A DNA stretch of 55,499 nt, taken from contig DAIQQC010000001.1 in the NCBI GenBank assembly GCA_036787005.1, forward strand, positions 12,879-68,377. Direction: 5' to 3'. The stretch is from Dehalococcoidales bacterium. GTDB lineage: Bacteria > Chloroflexota > Dehalococcoidia > Dehalococcoidales > RBG-16-60-22. This document shows, one piece after another, positions 48,822 through 55,499 of this stretch. Position numbers and translations under genes: made by a program. The notes beneath the pieces were generated by a model. It saw only the letters and a program-made list of their open reading frames with translations, did no database searches and was not told the DNA's origin. Within the stretch, counting starts at the first letter, position 1, and each line of letters begins with the position of its first letter.

Positions 48822-50147
48822 CTAATACTTGCCGAATTCCTTAGCCGCGGCCATCATGGCGCGCAGGTTGTCCGGGTTGCCGATATCCAGGTAGGCGCCG
48901 GCGGTGAGCATATAGCCGCTGCCCGGCGCGCAGGTCTCGATGAGGCGCCGGCAGCGCTCTTTTACCTCTGCAGGCGTCCCGGTGACCATCACGGAGACCG
49001 GCACGTTGCCGGCGATGCAGGTATGCCCGAGGACTTTTTTAGCTTTGGCCATGTCCATGTGCTCGAAGAACCAGATCACCGAGCTGCGGGGCATATCCTT
49101 GATAATATCCAGGCGAGGCTCGTAATCGCCTTCGGCGAAGGGCATCGGCACGAGGCCTTCGTTAACGAGGCCGATCATCAGCTCTCTTAAAGTAGGCCAG
49201 TAAAACTCCTCGAACTGCTTATTGGACATGAAACCGCCGGTGCCTTTGTGCAGGGGGATGAAGACAATCGGGCAGGCGGAGGCGTTGCCCGAAGCGATCC
49301 CCTCGCTGATGGCTACCGGCAATACCCTAGCCATCGCCTGGTGCAGCTTGTCCGGCCTCTTGAACATGTCCATCATGATGCCGCGCGTGCCCCGGAAAAA
49401 ATCGCCGATCATATCGAAAGGCGCCTGGGACATACCGCCCCAGACGCCAGGGAAACCGGCGGAAAGCGCCGCCTGGCTGACTTCTCCGACCGCCGCCGCC
49501 CATTTGCCGAGTTCCCCCGCGGCGGCGAACATGTTTTTATACGCCTTCTGTATCTCCGGGTCGGCGAACTGCGCTATGTAGCCGAGGGGTATGGCGACCA
49601 TGGGGGTCAGGGGCTTCATTTTACGGAACGCCGCCAGCGACCCCACCGAGCGGGGTAAGAAGTACCGCTGGAGGTAATCGGCCGGGTCGTTGATGAGGAT
49701 ATCGTATTCCTCGGGGGGCATATATTCGCCCTCGATATACTGGTGCGAGGTCGCGTTATCGGGCAGACCGTGGCCGGGCCACTTTTGTAGTGTGTAATCG
49801 ATCATATCCAGCACTTTAGCGGGAAAGACCAGGCTAGGAGGGAAATAGCAATCCATCTCGGGGAAATCGCGCAGGAACTTCAACCAGGCGCGTTTCAGTT
49901 CATCGTAATCGTTCATGACCTTTTTCATGCTGGAGCCGGCGTAAACGGCCGGGTAATACTGCACCGGCGTGATGACCGGCACGCGGTCGGGGTTCTCCAG
50001 CTTGATGGCTTTAATGAAGCGGGTCGTCCGCTCTTTATAAAGTCGCTCCGCTTCCCGGCTATCGAACTTAACGCCCGGAGAAAGCCATTTCTTGAAGCGC
50101 TCCTCGCGCTTTTCCTGCCAGGTCAACTTATCCCAGTTTTTATCCAT
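48822..50147 (-). CDS. URO-D-family corrinoid-dependent methyltransferase, paralog 3
   Basis: ATG at 50147 gives MDKNWDKLTWQEKREERFKKWLSP and follows GGGAG. The ORF-track start at 50243 overlaps the upstream gene. This is the only paralog with H-x-C (GHTCIAGNVP). Confidence 0.8.
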   Translation of the reverse strand: MDKNWDKLTWQEKREERFKKWLSPGVKFDSREAERLYKERTTRFIKAIKLENPDRVPVITPVQYYPAVYAGSSMKKVMNDYDELKRAWLKFLRDFPEMDCYFPPSLVFPAKVLDMIDYTLQKWPGHGLPDNATSHQYIEGEYMPPEEYDILINDPADYLQRYFLPRSVGSLAAFRKMKPLTPMVAIPLGYIAQFADPEIQKAYKNMFAAAGELGKWAAAVGEVSQAALSAGFPGVWGGMSQAPFDMIGDFFRGTRGIMMDMFKRPDKLHQAMARVLPVAISEGIASGNASACPIVFIPLHKGTGGFMSNKQFEEFYWPTLRELMIGLVNEGLVPMPFAEGDYEPRLDIIKDMPRSSVIWFFEHMDMAKAKKVLGHTCIAGNVPVSVMVTGTPAEVKERCRRLIETCAPGSGYMLTAGAYLDIGNPDNLRAMMAAAKEFGKY

Positions 50148-50175
50148 GAGATAGTCTCCCTTATGAGATTTTGAG

Positions 50176-51510
50176 CTAATAGACGCCGTATTCACGCGCG
50201 GCTTCAACGATGGCGCGGAGGTTGGCGGGGTCGCACTTATCAATGCCGGAGCCCAGCGACAGGATATAGCCGCCGCCCGGGGCGCAGCCCTCGATGAGCT
50301 TGCGGCAATATTCTTTGATCATCGGGGGGGTCTGGGTATAGAGCATGGCCGCGGTGACGTTGCCGGCGATGCAGGCGGAGTCGCCGAGGATCTTCTTGGC
50401 CTTGAACATATCCGTCTTTTCCATCGTCCAGACGACCGACGAGCGCGGCAGGTCGCTGATAATGTTAAGGCGGGCGTCGTTATAAGAGCCGTCGATGACC
50501 ATCATGGGGACGAAGCCCTCGTTGACACAGCCGAGGAGGAGCTTGCGGAACGTAGGCCAGTAGAATTTCTCGAACTGCTTGATGGACATGAAGGAATCGT
50601 CGCCCTTGTGCATGGGGACAAAGATAATGGGACTGCGGGACATAGAGGCCATATTGACCGTCGATTCCTTGGAGCGCTCGGTGATGACCTCCAGCGCTTC
50701 GAGGAGCTTTTCCGGCTGGCGGTACATGTCCATAACGGAGCCGTGAGTCCCGCGGAGCATGTCGGCGACGGTATCGAAGGGGGCGAGCATCGAGCCGCCC
50801 ATGAGCGGTGGATAGCCCGACTCCAGGGTGAGCCGGGCGCACTCCACGACCACTTTCTGTAGCTTGGCCTGCTCCTCGGCGGCTGCCGTGACAGCTTTGA
50901 ACATCTTCCGGAAGGCGGGGTCGAGGGCCATCATCATCAGGCGCTGGGGGAGGCCCTGGTAGGAGGAGAGGGAAGGCATATCGGCTAAAGGGGCAAAGGC
51001 GCCCCAGGTGCGGGGGGTAAACTTCCGCAGGCCGAAATCGAACTGGTCTTTCATAAAGAGGTCGTACTCGTCGGCCTGCATGTACTCTTTTTCCACGAAG
51101 TTCTGGAGGGTGGCAGTGTCCGGCAGGCCGTGGCCGGGCCACTTGGTTACCTTGTAATCAAGTATTTCATAGGCGCGGGCGGAGAAAAACATCGGGGCGT
51201 CGTTGGAGTCCTGGTCGTAGTCCTGGATCCACTTGAGCCAGGCGGGCTTGATCTTGGAGTAGTCGTAGAGCACGTCGTGGAGGGTGTAGCCGGCGTTATA
51301 GGCGACGATAGAGCCGCCGGGGATGTGCAGGGGAACGCGGTCGGGGACCTCCATCTTGATGGCCTTGATCATGCGGGTGGCGCGCTCCTTGTATTTCCTG
51401 GCCGCCGCCGGGCTGCTGAACTTAACGTCTTTAGGTGACAGCCATTTCTTGAAGCGCTCCTCGCGTTTTTCCTGCCAGGACATTTCCGACCATTCTTTTT
51501 CCGTTTTCAT
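50176..51510 (-). CDS. URO-D-family corrinoid-dependent methyltransferase, paralog 2
   Basis: 444 aa with WSEMSWQEKREERFKKWLSP, KWPGHGLPD, RGTHGSVMDMYRQP, PMHKGDDSFMSIKQFEKFYWPT, ACIAGNVT and CAPGGGYIL. Confidence 0.8.
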   Translation of the reverse strand: MKTEKEWSEMSWQEKREERFKKWLSPKDVKFSSPAAARKYKERATRMIKAIKMEVPDRVPLHIPGGSIVAYNAGYTLHDVLYDYSKIKPAWLKWIQDYDQDSNDAPMFFSARAYEILDYKVTKWPGHGLPDTATLQNFVEKEYMQADEYDLFMKDQFDFGLRKFTPRTWGAFAPLADMPSLSSYQGLPQRLMMMALDPAFRKMFKAVTAAAEEQAKLQKVVVECARLTLESGYPPLMGGSMLAPFDTVADMLRGTHGSVMDMYRQPEKLLEALEVITERSKESTVNMASMSRSPIIFVPMHKGDDSFMSIKQFEKFYWPTFRKLLLGCVNEGFVPMMVIDGSYNDARLNIISDLPRSSVVWTMEKTDMFKAKKILGDSACIAGNVTAAMLYTQTPPMIKEYCRKLIEGCAPGGGYILSLGSGIDKCDPANLRAIVEAAREYGVY

Positions 51511-51533
51511 AAGTACCTCTATTCTTAATAATC

Positions 51534-51600
51534 AATAACCAAGATACAAATTCCAAACGTTTGGCATTGTTTGGTTATTGGTTCTTGTATCTTGGTTATT
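51534..51600. repeat. AT-rich nested inverted-repeat element in the spacer between paralogs 1 and 2
   Basis: AATAACCAAGATACAA (51534-51549) is the exact reverse complement of TTGTATCTTGGTTATT (51585-51600). Inside lie the 12-bp palindrome CCAAACGTTTGG (51553-51564) and TTGGTTATTG (51571-51580), which could pair alternatively with 51532-51541. Confidence 0.6.
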
Positions 51601-51602
51601 AT

Positions 51603-52934
51603 TTAGTATTTACCGTATTCTTTAGCGGCTTCCATCATGGCGCGCATGTTTTCCGGGTTGCCTTCGTCGACGTTAGCGCCGCCGGCGAGGACATAGCCGC
51701 CGCCCTGGCCGCAGACCTCGATGAGCTTGCGGCAGTGCTCTTTGACCTGCTGGGGCGTACCCGTCATTATCAATGAGCTGGGCACGTTACCCATGATGCA
51801 GCACCGGTTGCCGATCTTCTTCTTGGCCTCGAAGATATCCGTCTGGTCGAAGTACCAGGCCACCGTCCCTTTGGGGAAGTCCCCGATAATGTCGAGCCGC
51901 TTGTTATAGGAGCCCTCGGCGAAGAGCACCGGTACGATGCCCTCGTTGACGAAGGCCATAACCACCTTTTTAAAAGTAGGCCAGTAGAAAGTCTCGTATT
52001 GTTTCACGGACATAAAGGAGTCCGCGCCTTTGTGGAGCGGCATCATGACGATGGGAGCCGCTGCCATGGCCACCGAGGATAGCGCGTTGTTGATGGCGAT
52101 TGGAGCTATCCGCTCCATGGCGGCGTGGACCTTTTCCGGCTGCCGGAAAATATCCGTCATGATTCCCTGGGTGCCGCGCAGCGTATCCCCGAGGGTATCG
52201 AACGGGGCCTTGGCGAGGGCGCTCATCACGCCGGGGAACCCCATCGCCAGGGCTTCCGCGGAGATCTCGCCCACTGCAGCGATCCATTTCAGGCTTTCCA
52301 TACCGGCTTTCGCCATGGCGTTAAAGCCGGCCTGCACTTCCGGGTTAGCGAAGGGGAGAAAATTGCCGGTAACGATTTCTTCAAATGACGTCCACGACGG
52401 CAGCTGGGTAAAGCCTTTGAGAGCGCCGAAGACCCGCGGCAGGTAGGTGCGCAGCCAGAAATCCGAGGGGTCGCGGATAAGGGCATCGTATTCATCGGCC
52501 TTCATGTATTCGCCCTCTACCGCCTGGTAGGAAAGAGTTGACCGGGTAAGACCGTGCCCCGGCCACTTGTAAAGCTTATAGTCCACCGCATCCAGCGACG
52601 GGCCGGGCGGCACCAGGACGGGGGGAACAAAGGTATCGGCATCGAACTCATGGAGCACTTTGCGCCAGGCGCGCTTCATCTCGTCGAAATCGTACATGAC
52701 GGTGGCGAGGTTGGTGCCGGCGTAATAGGCCGCGTACAGTCCCATCGACGGCAGGATGCAGGGCACCCTGTCCGGTTTCTGGAGGGTGAAGGCTTTGCTG
52801 AACCTGGTGACTCTCTCTTTATAGAGTTTTTCAGCCTGCGGGGAGGCAAAGGTCACGCCCGGCGGAGAGAGCCACCGCCGGAAGCGCTGTTCCCGCTTTT
52901 CATCCGGGGTTAACTCCGTCCACTTTTTCTCCAT
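51603..52934 (-). CDS. URO-D-family corrinoid-dependent methyltransferase, paralog 1
   Basis: ATG at 52934 lies 1 nt after the corrinoid-protein stop and gives MEKKWTELTPDEKREQRFRRWLSP. Also KWPGHGL, RGTQGIMTDIFRQP, PLHKGADSFMSVKQYETFYWPT, CCIMGNVP and CGQGGGYVL. An alternative GTG lies at 52946. Confidence 0.8.
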   Translation of the reverse strand: MEKKWTELTPDEKREQRFRRWLSPPGVTFASPQAEKLYKERVTRFSKAFTLQKPDRVPCILPSMGLYAAYYAGTNLATVMYDFDEMKRAWRKVLHEFDADTFVPPVLVPPGPSLDAVDYKLYKWPGHGLTRSTLSYQAVEGEYMKADEYDALIRDPSDFWLRTYLPRVFGALKGFTQLPSWTSFEEIVTGNFLPFANPEVQAGFNAMAKAGMESLKWIAAVGEISAEALAMGFPGVMSALAKAPFDTLGDTLRGTQGIMTDIFRQPEKVHAAMERIAPIAINNALSSVAMAAAPIVMMPLHKGADSFMSVKQYETFYWPTFKKVVMAFVNEGIVPVLFAEGSYNKRLDIIGDFPKGTVAWYFDQTDIFEAKKKIGNRCCIMGNVPSSLIMTGTPQQVKEHCRKLIEVCGQGGGYVLAGGANVDEGNPENMRAMMEAAKEYGKY

Positions 52935-52935
52935 G

Positions 52936-53571
52936 CTACTTGGCACCGATCCATTGCTTGGAGAGCGTCACAGCCGCCATGGCGTCCTTGCCGTAGGCGT
53001 CCGCCTTGGCATACTTCCTCACCTCGTCGTCCATCTGGCCGCCGCCGATCATGATCTTGAGGTTCTTTCTCAGGCCGGCTTTTTCCAGGGCTTCGACGGT
53101 CTCTTTCATGGCATCGAAGGCGGGGGTAAGGAATCCGCTCAGACCGAGCACGGGCGGATTGATGTCGTGGACGGCTTTAACGAACTTTTCCACGGGCACG
53201 TCGACGCCGAGGTTGGTGACCTCGAAGCCGTTGACGTCCAGCATGAACTCGACGATATTCAGGCCGATATCGTGAATGTCGCCGGCCACGGTGCCGATGA
53301 CGACCTTGCCGAGTTTCTTGGTTTTGGCGCTGGATTCTTTAAGGTGGGGGGTAACCAGGGCCATGACCTCTTTGAGAAGCTCACCGGAAAATACGAGTTC
53401 CGGCAGGAAATACTCGCCGCCGGCGAAACGCTTGCCGACGATCGCCATGGCCGCGGTGTTATCGGCCAGGATTTTGTTCGGGTCTTCCCCGGCTGCCAGT
53501 CTCTTCTTGGTCAGCGCGAGTACCTCTTCCTCTTTGAGGTCCGCCATCTTGTTTACGAAGTCTTCAGACAT
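52936..53571 (-). CDS. corrinoid (B12-binding) protein, MtaC-type, first gene of the methyltransferase operon
   Basis: 211 aa with GDIHDIG (DxHxxG). It shares long identical peptide runs with 2436-3071, for example VIGTVAGDIHDIGLNIVEFMLDVNG and VLGLSGFLTPAFDAMKETV. AAGGAGG RBS. Confidence 0.9.
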   Translation of the reverse strand: MSEDFVNKMADLKEEEVLALTKKRLAAGEDPNKILADNTAAMAIVGKRFAGGEYFLPELVFSGELLKEVMALVTPHLKESSAKTKKLGKVVIGTVAGDIHDIGLNIVEFMLDVNGFEVTNLGVDVPVEKFVKAVHDINPPVLGLSGFLTPAFDAMKETVEALEKAGLRKNLKIMIGGGQMDDEVRKYAKADAYGKDAMAAVTLSKQWIGAK

Positions 53572-53657
53572 ACCTTACTCCTCCTTAATTTTTTATGGTA
53601 CTTCTGAGAATACAGCTGGGTTAGCTTTTGAGGCTGTCAGCCCCACCTGTCGTAGGC

Positions 53658-53686
53658 AGTATATCAATGCTCCAAAAAAAAGTCAA
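53658..53686 (-). promoter_or_regulatory. TTGACT, 17 nt, TATACT promoter of the corrinoid-methyltransferase operon
   Basis: On the minus strand TTGACT is 53681-53686 and TATACT is 53658-53663, with a 17-nt spacer. This leaves a leader of about 80 nt before the AAGGAGG RBS. Confidence 0.55.
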
Positions 53687-53785
53687 CTATTTTATAACGA
53701 ATAAACATTAGAGGAAAAGGGCATCCAGATACTCCCTTTTTTCTTTACAACCATGGTCTTTTAGGATAAAATTATAGGGCTCCGA

Positions 53786-53860
53786 GCGGGAGTAATTCAG
53801 TGGTAGAATGTCTGCTTCCCAAGCAGAAAGTCGCGGGTTCGAATCCCGTCTCCCGCTCCA
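53786..53860 (+). tRNA. tRNA-Gly(CCC), CCA encoded
   Basis: GCGGGAG TA ATTC AGTGGTA GAAT G TCTGC TTCCCAA GCAGA AAGTC GCGGG TTCGAAT CCCGT CTCCCGC T CCA forms a clean cloverleaf with a U73 discriminator. Confidence 0.9.
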
Positions 53861-53918
53861 GATTCGTGCTTTGTAACTTGTTTTTCCATAATCATTCCAT
53901 GAGGGTGAATTTGATGGA

Positions 53919-54099
53919 ACCTCACCCCTTGCCCCTCTCCAGCCGGTTCTTACAAGTTAGACGATAGTTTTTTCTGGCTGGAGAGGGGAGTGAAGAAGAG
54001 AGGGGCTTCGCCCCCTCTCAAATGCTCTCCCCCTCTCAAACAAGGAATGATACTAATACTAATACACAGCTGTTTGAGAGGGGGATAAGGGGGTGAGTT
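53919..54099. repeat. REP/MITE-like palindromic intergenic repeat, copy 2 (three hairpins within terminal inverted repeats)
   Basis: Hairpin arms are CCCCTCTCCAGCC/GGCTGGAGAGGGG (13 bp), AGAGGGGC..GCCCCCTCT and CCCCCTCTCAAACA/TGTTTGAGAGGGGG (14 bp). The outer arms are AACCTCACCCCTT ... AAGGGGGTGAGTT. It is homologous to 32863-32998. Confidence 0.6.
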
Positions 54100-54165
54100 A
54101 AGAAGCTATCGTTTTTTGTTGGCCCCTGCTTTGACAAGCCAGTTTTCATAATATAGAATTGTCAC

Positions 54166-55047
54166 ATGAGCCAGCCGGAGCGGATAATCGTCGGAATGCC
54201 GGCGTATAACGAAGCTAAATACATCGGCAGCCTGGTCTTGCAGGCGAAACAATACGCCGGTGAAGTGGTGGTCGTCGACGACGGCAGCACCGACGAAACG
54301 GTGAACCTCGCGCAGCTGGCCGGGGCAACGGTTGTCAGGCACGAGAGCAATCGGGGCTACGGCAGCACCATACGGACCCTATTGGACGAGGCCAGGAAGC
54401 GGGACGCGTACGCGCTGGTGATACTGGACGCGGACGCCCAGCACGACCCGGCCGAAATCCCGCGGCTCATCGAGGGGATAAGGAGTGGAGCGGACATCGT
54501 CATCGGCTCGCGGCAGATGCAGAAAAACAAGATTGCCGGCTACCGCCGCCTGGGGCAGAAAGTCCTCTCCCGCATGACGCGCATCGCTTCCCGGACCAGG
54601 CTCTCGGATACGGAGTCGGGTTTCCGCGCCTACTCCCGCAAGGCACTAAACACACTGGAGCTAAAAGAGACCGGGATGGCGGTATCCTCGGAGATTATCT
54701 CCGCGGCGGCCGCGCGCGGCCTGGAAATAGTCGAAGTGCCCATTTCGGTAGACTATACCGGCGACGGCTCGACGCTGAACCCCGTGAAGCACGGCATGGG
54801 AGTGTTCCAGCGTATCATGGTAATGATTTCCGAAAGGCGCCCGCTGCTGTTCTTCAGCCTCTTCGGCGGCATCTCGCTGGCCATCGGGCTGGCCGCCGGG
54901 GCCTGGGTTATCTGGAGATTCTATTTCGAGACCAACGTGCTGGCTACCGGCCTGGCAATGGTCTCGATACTATTTGTCACTATCGGCGTGCTCACGGTGT
55001 TTACCGGGATCATACTCAACGTGCTGACCAAGCGGATCAATAAATAA
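54166..55047 (+). CDS. family 2 glycosyltransferase (polyprenyl-phosphate sugar synthase-like) with C-terminal TM helices
   Basis: VGMPAYNEAKYI, VVVDDGSTDET and ILDADAQHD (DxD) are present. Two hydrophobic C-terminal helices follow. Confidence 0.85.
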   Translation: MSQPERIIVGMPAYNEAKYIGSLVLQAKQYAGEVVVVDDGSTDETVNLAQLAGATVVRHESNRGYGSTIRTLLDEARKRDAYALVILDADAQHDPAEIPRLIEGIRSGADIVIGSRQMQKNKIAGYRRLGQKVLSRMTRIASRTRLSDTESGFRAYSRKALNTLELKETGMAVSSEIISAAAARGLEIVEVPISVDYTGDGSTLNPVKHGMGVFQRIMVMISERRPLLFFSLFGGISLAIGLAAGAWVIWRFYFETNVLATGLAMVSILFVTIGVLTVFTGIILNVLTKRINK

Positions 55048-55266
55048 GGTTCCGTTCGCTTTTAGATTGTTCATACTATCGTCACCCCTGTATCCCCGCT
55101 AAAATATTTGCCATCCATCTATTGCAAAATGCCCTCCCCCGATATATAATAACCACTGGTGGTTTTCAGTCTAGGTTGTCATATATGCAACGCGACCTCT
55201 TATTCCCGCCCCACGTTACGGATGACCTTAGCACTAACCAACTAACTTAAGAAAGGAGGTCATCCG

Positions 55267-55499
55267 TTGGCTTTTCAAGAAAAGACACTGACATGTGCCG
55301 ATTGCGGAGCTTCATTCACCTTCAGCGCCGCGGAGCAAGAGTTCTTCCAGTCCAAAGGCTACACCAATGAGCCCAAGCGCTGCCCGAACTGCCGGCAGGC
55401 CAGAAAAACCGAGCGTTACGGCTCCAGCGGCGGTGGCGGCGGCAAAGCCCGCCAGATGTACCCCGCGACCTGCGCCGAGTGCGGCAAGACAACCGAAGT
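55267..55499 (+). CDS. zinc-ribbon domain protein (CxxC...CxxC repeats), 3' end cut by window edge
   Basis: TTG start 7 nt after AAGGAGG. LTCADCGASFTFSAAEQEFFQSKGYTNEPKRCPNCR...ATCAECGKTTE. The frame is open to the window end. Confidence 0.6.
   Translation, partial: MAFQEKTLTCADCGASFTFSAAEQEFFQSKGYTNEPKRCPNCRQARKTERYGSSGGGGGKARQMYPATCAECGKTTE

Noticed and set aside
45016-49190. Very long plus-strand ORFs antisense to the methyltransferase array (e.g. 45898-47595, 565 aa; 48051-49190, 379 aa; 45016-45891, 291 aa; 52933-53607, 224 aa)
   Set aside because: They run antisense to genes with clear family motifs and RBSs, and they cross intergenic hairpins. Their translations are low-complexity and rich in G, R, A and H. 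This is the usual stop-codon-poor antisense artefact of GC-rich coding DNA.
44521-52934. Possible in-frame amber (pyrrolysine) or opal (selenocysteine) recoding in the methyltransferases
   Set aside because: All six ORFs are uninterrupted from RBS-linked starts to stops. Pyl-dependent methyltransferases belong to the MttB, MtbB and MtmB families, which are not present here.
54047-54066. Short tandem repeat gatactaatactaataca
   Set aside because: It is just 2.5 copies of a 6-mer inside the loop of a repeat-element hairpin. It is neither a CRISPR nor a meaningful microsatellite.

Overview
A 55.5-kb bacterial window with dense coding, no rRNA and no CRISPR. The gene content suggests an anaerobic Chloroflexota/Dehalococcoidia-like organism, but that is inference only. 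It falls into four blocks. (1) 1-11.9 kb is a co-directional plus-strand array. It holds small metallocofactor/Fe-S-type proteins (NifX-like, NifU-like, radical SAM), an orphan corrinoid protein, a SAM methyltransferase, def, a ferredoxin, a J-domain protein, a ZIP transporter and an MBL hydrolase. It continues with a Fur-family regulator carrying two near-identical palindromic operators, an FmdE-like protein, a type-II (BtuCDF/Fec-like) ABC importer and a TrmO-like protein. (2) 11.9-39.6 kb is a lower-GC accessory catabolic island, bounded on the left by a tyrosine-integrase pseudogene and a C45-peptidase fragment. It is full of paralogs: three YtcJ-type amidohydrolases, two intact C45 Ntn-hydrolases, two Lrp/AsnC regulators and four copies of an uncharacterised small cupin. 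It also carries a Dpp/Opp-type ABC importer, a tungsten-type aldehyde:ferredoxin oxidoreductase with a flavodoxin-ferredoxin fusion, a PTE-like hydrolase, RidA, a SnoaL-like protein and an SDR. Three promoters in this island share an identical operator-N25-TTGAC architecture. (3) 39.6-43.4 kb is a mobile-element scar made of three gene fragments, a CGNR zinc-finger protein and a large serine recombinase whose 3' end reads into an initiator tRNA-Met gene. (4) 43.5-53.6 kb is a GC-rich minus-strand operon and the most interesting system here. It encodes a corrinoid protein, six tandem URO-D-family methyltransferase paralogs and an MtrH/MeTr-like pterin methyltransferase, with structured spacers between genes. 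The window ends with tRNA-Gly(CCC), a MITE/REP-like repeat, a GT2 glycosyltransferase and a partial zinc-ribbon gene.
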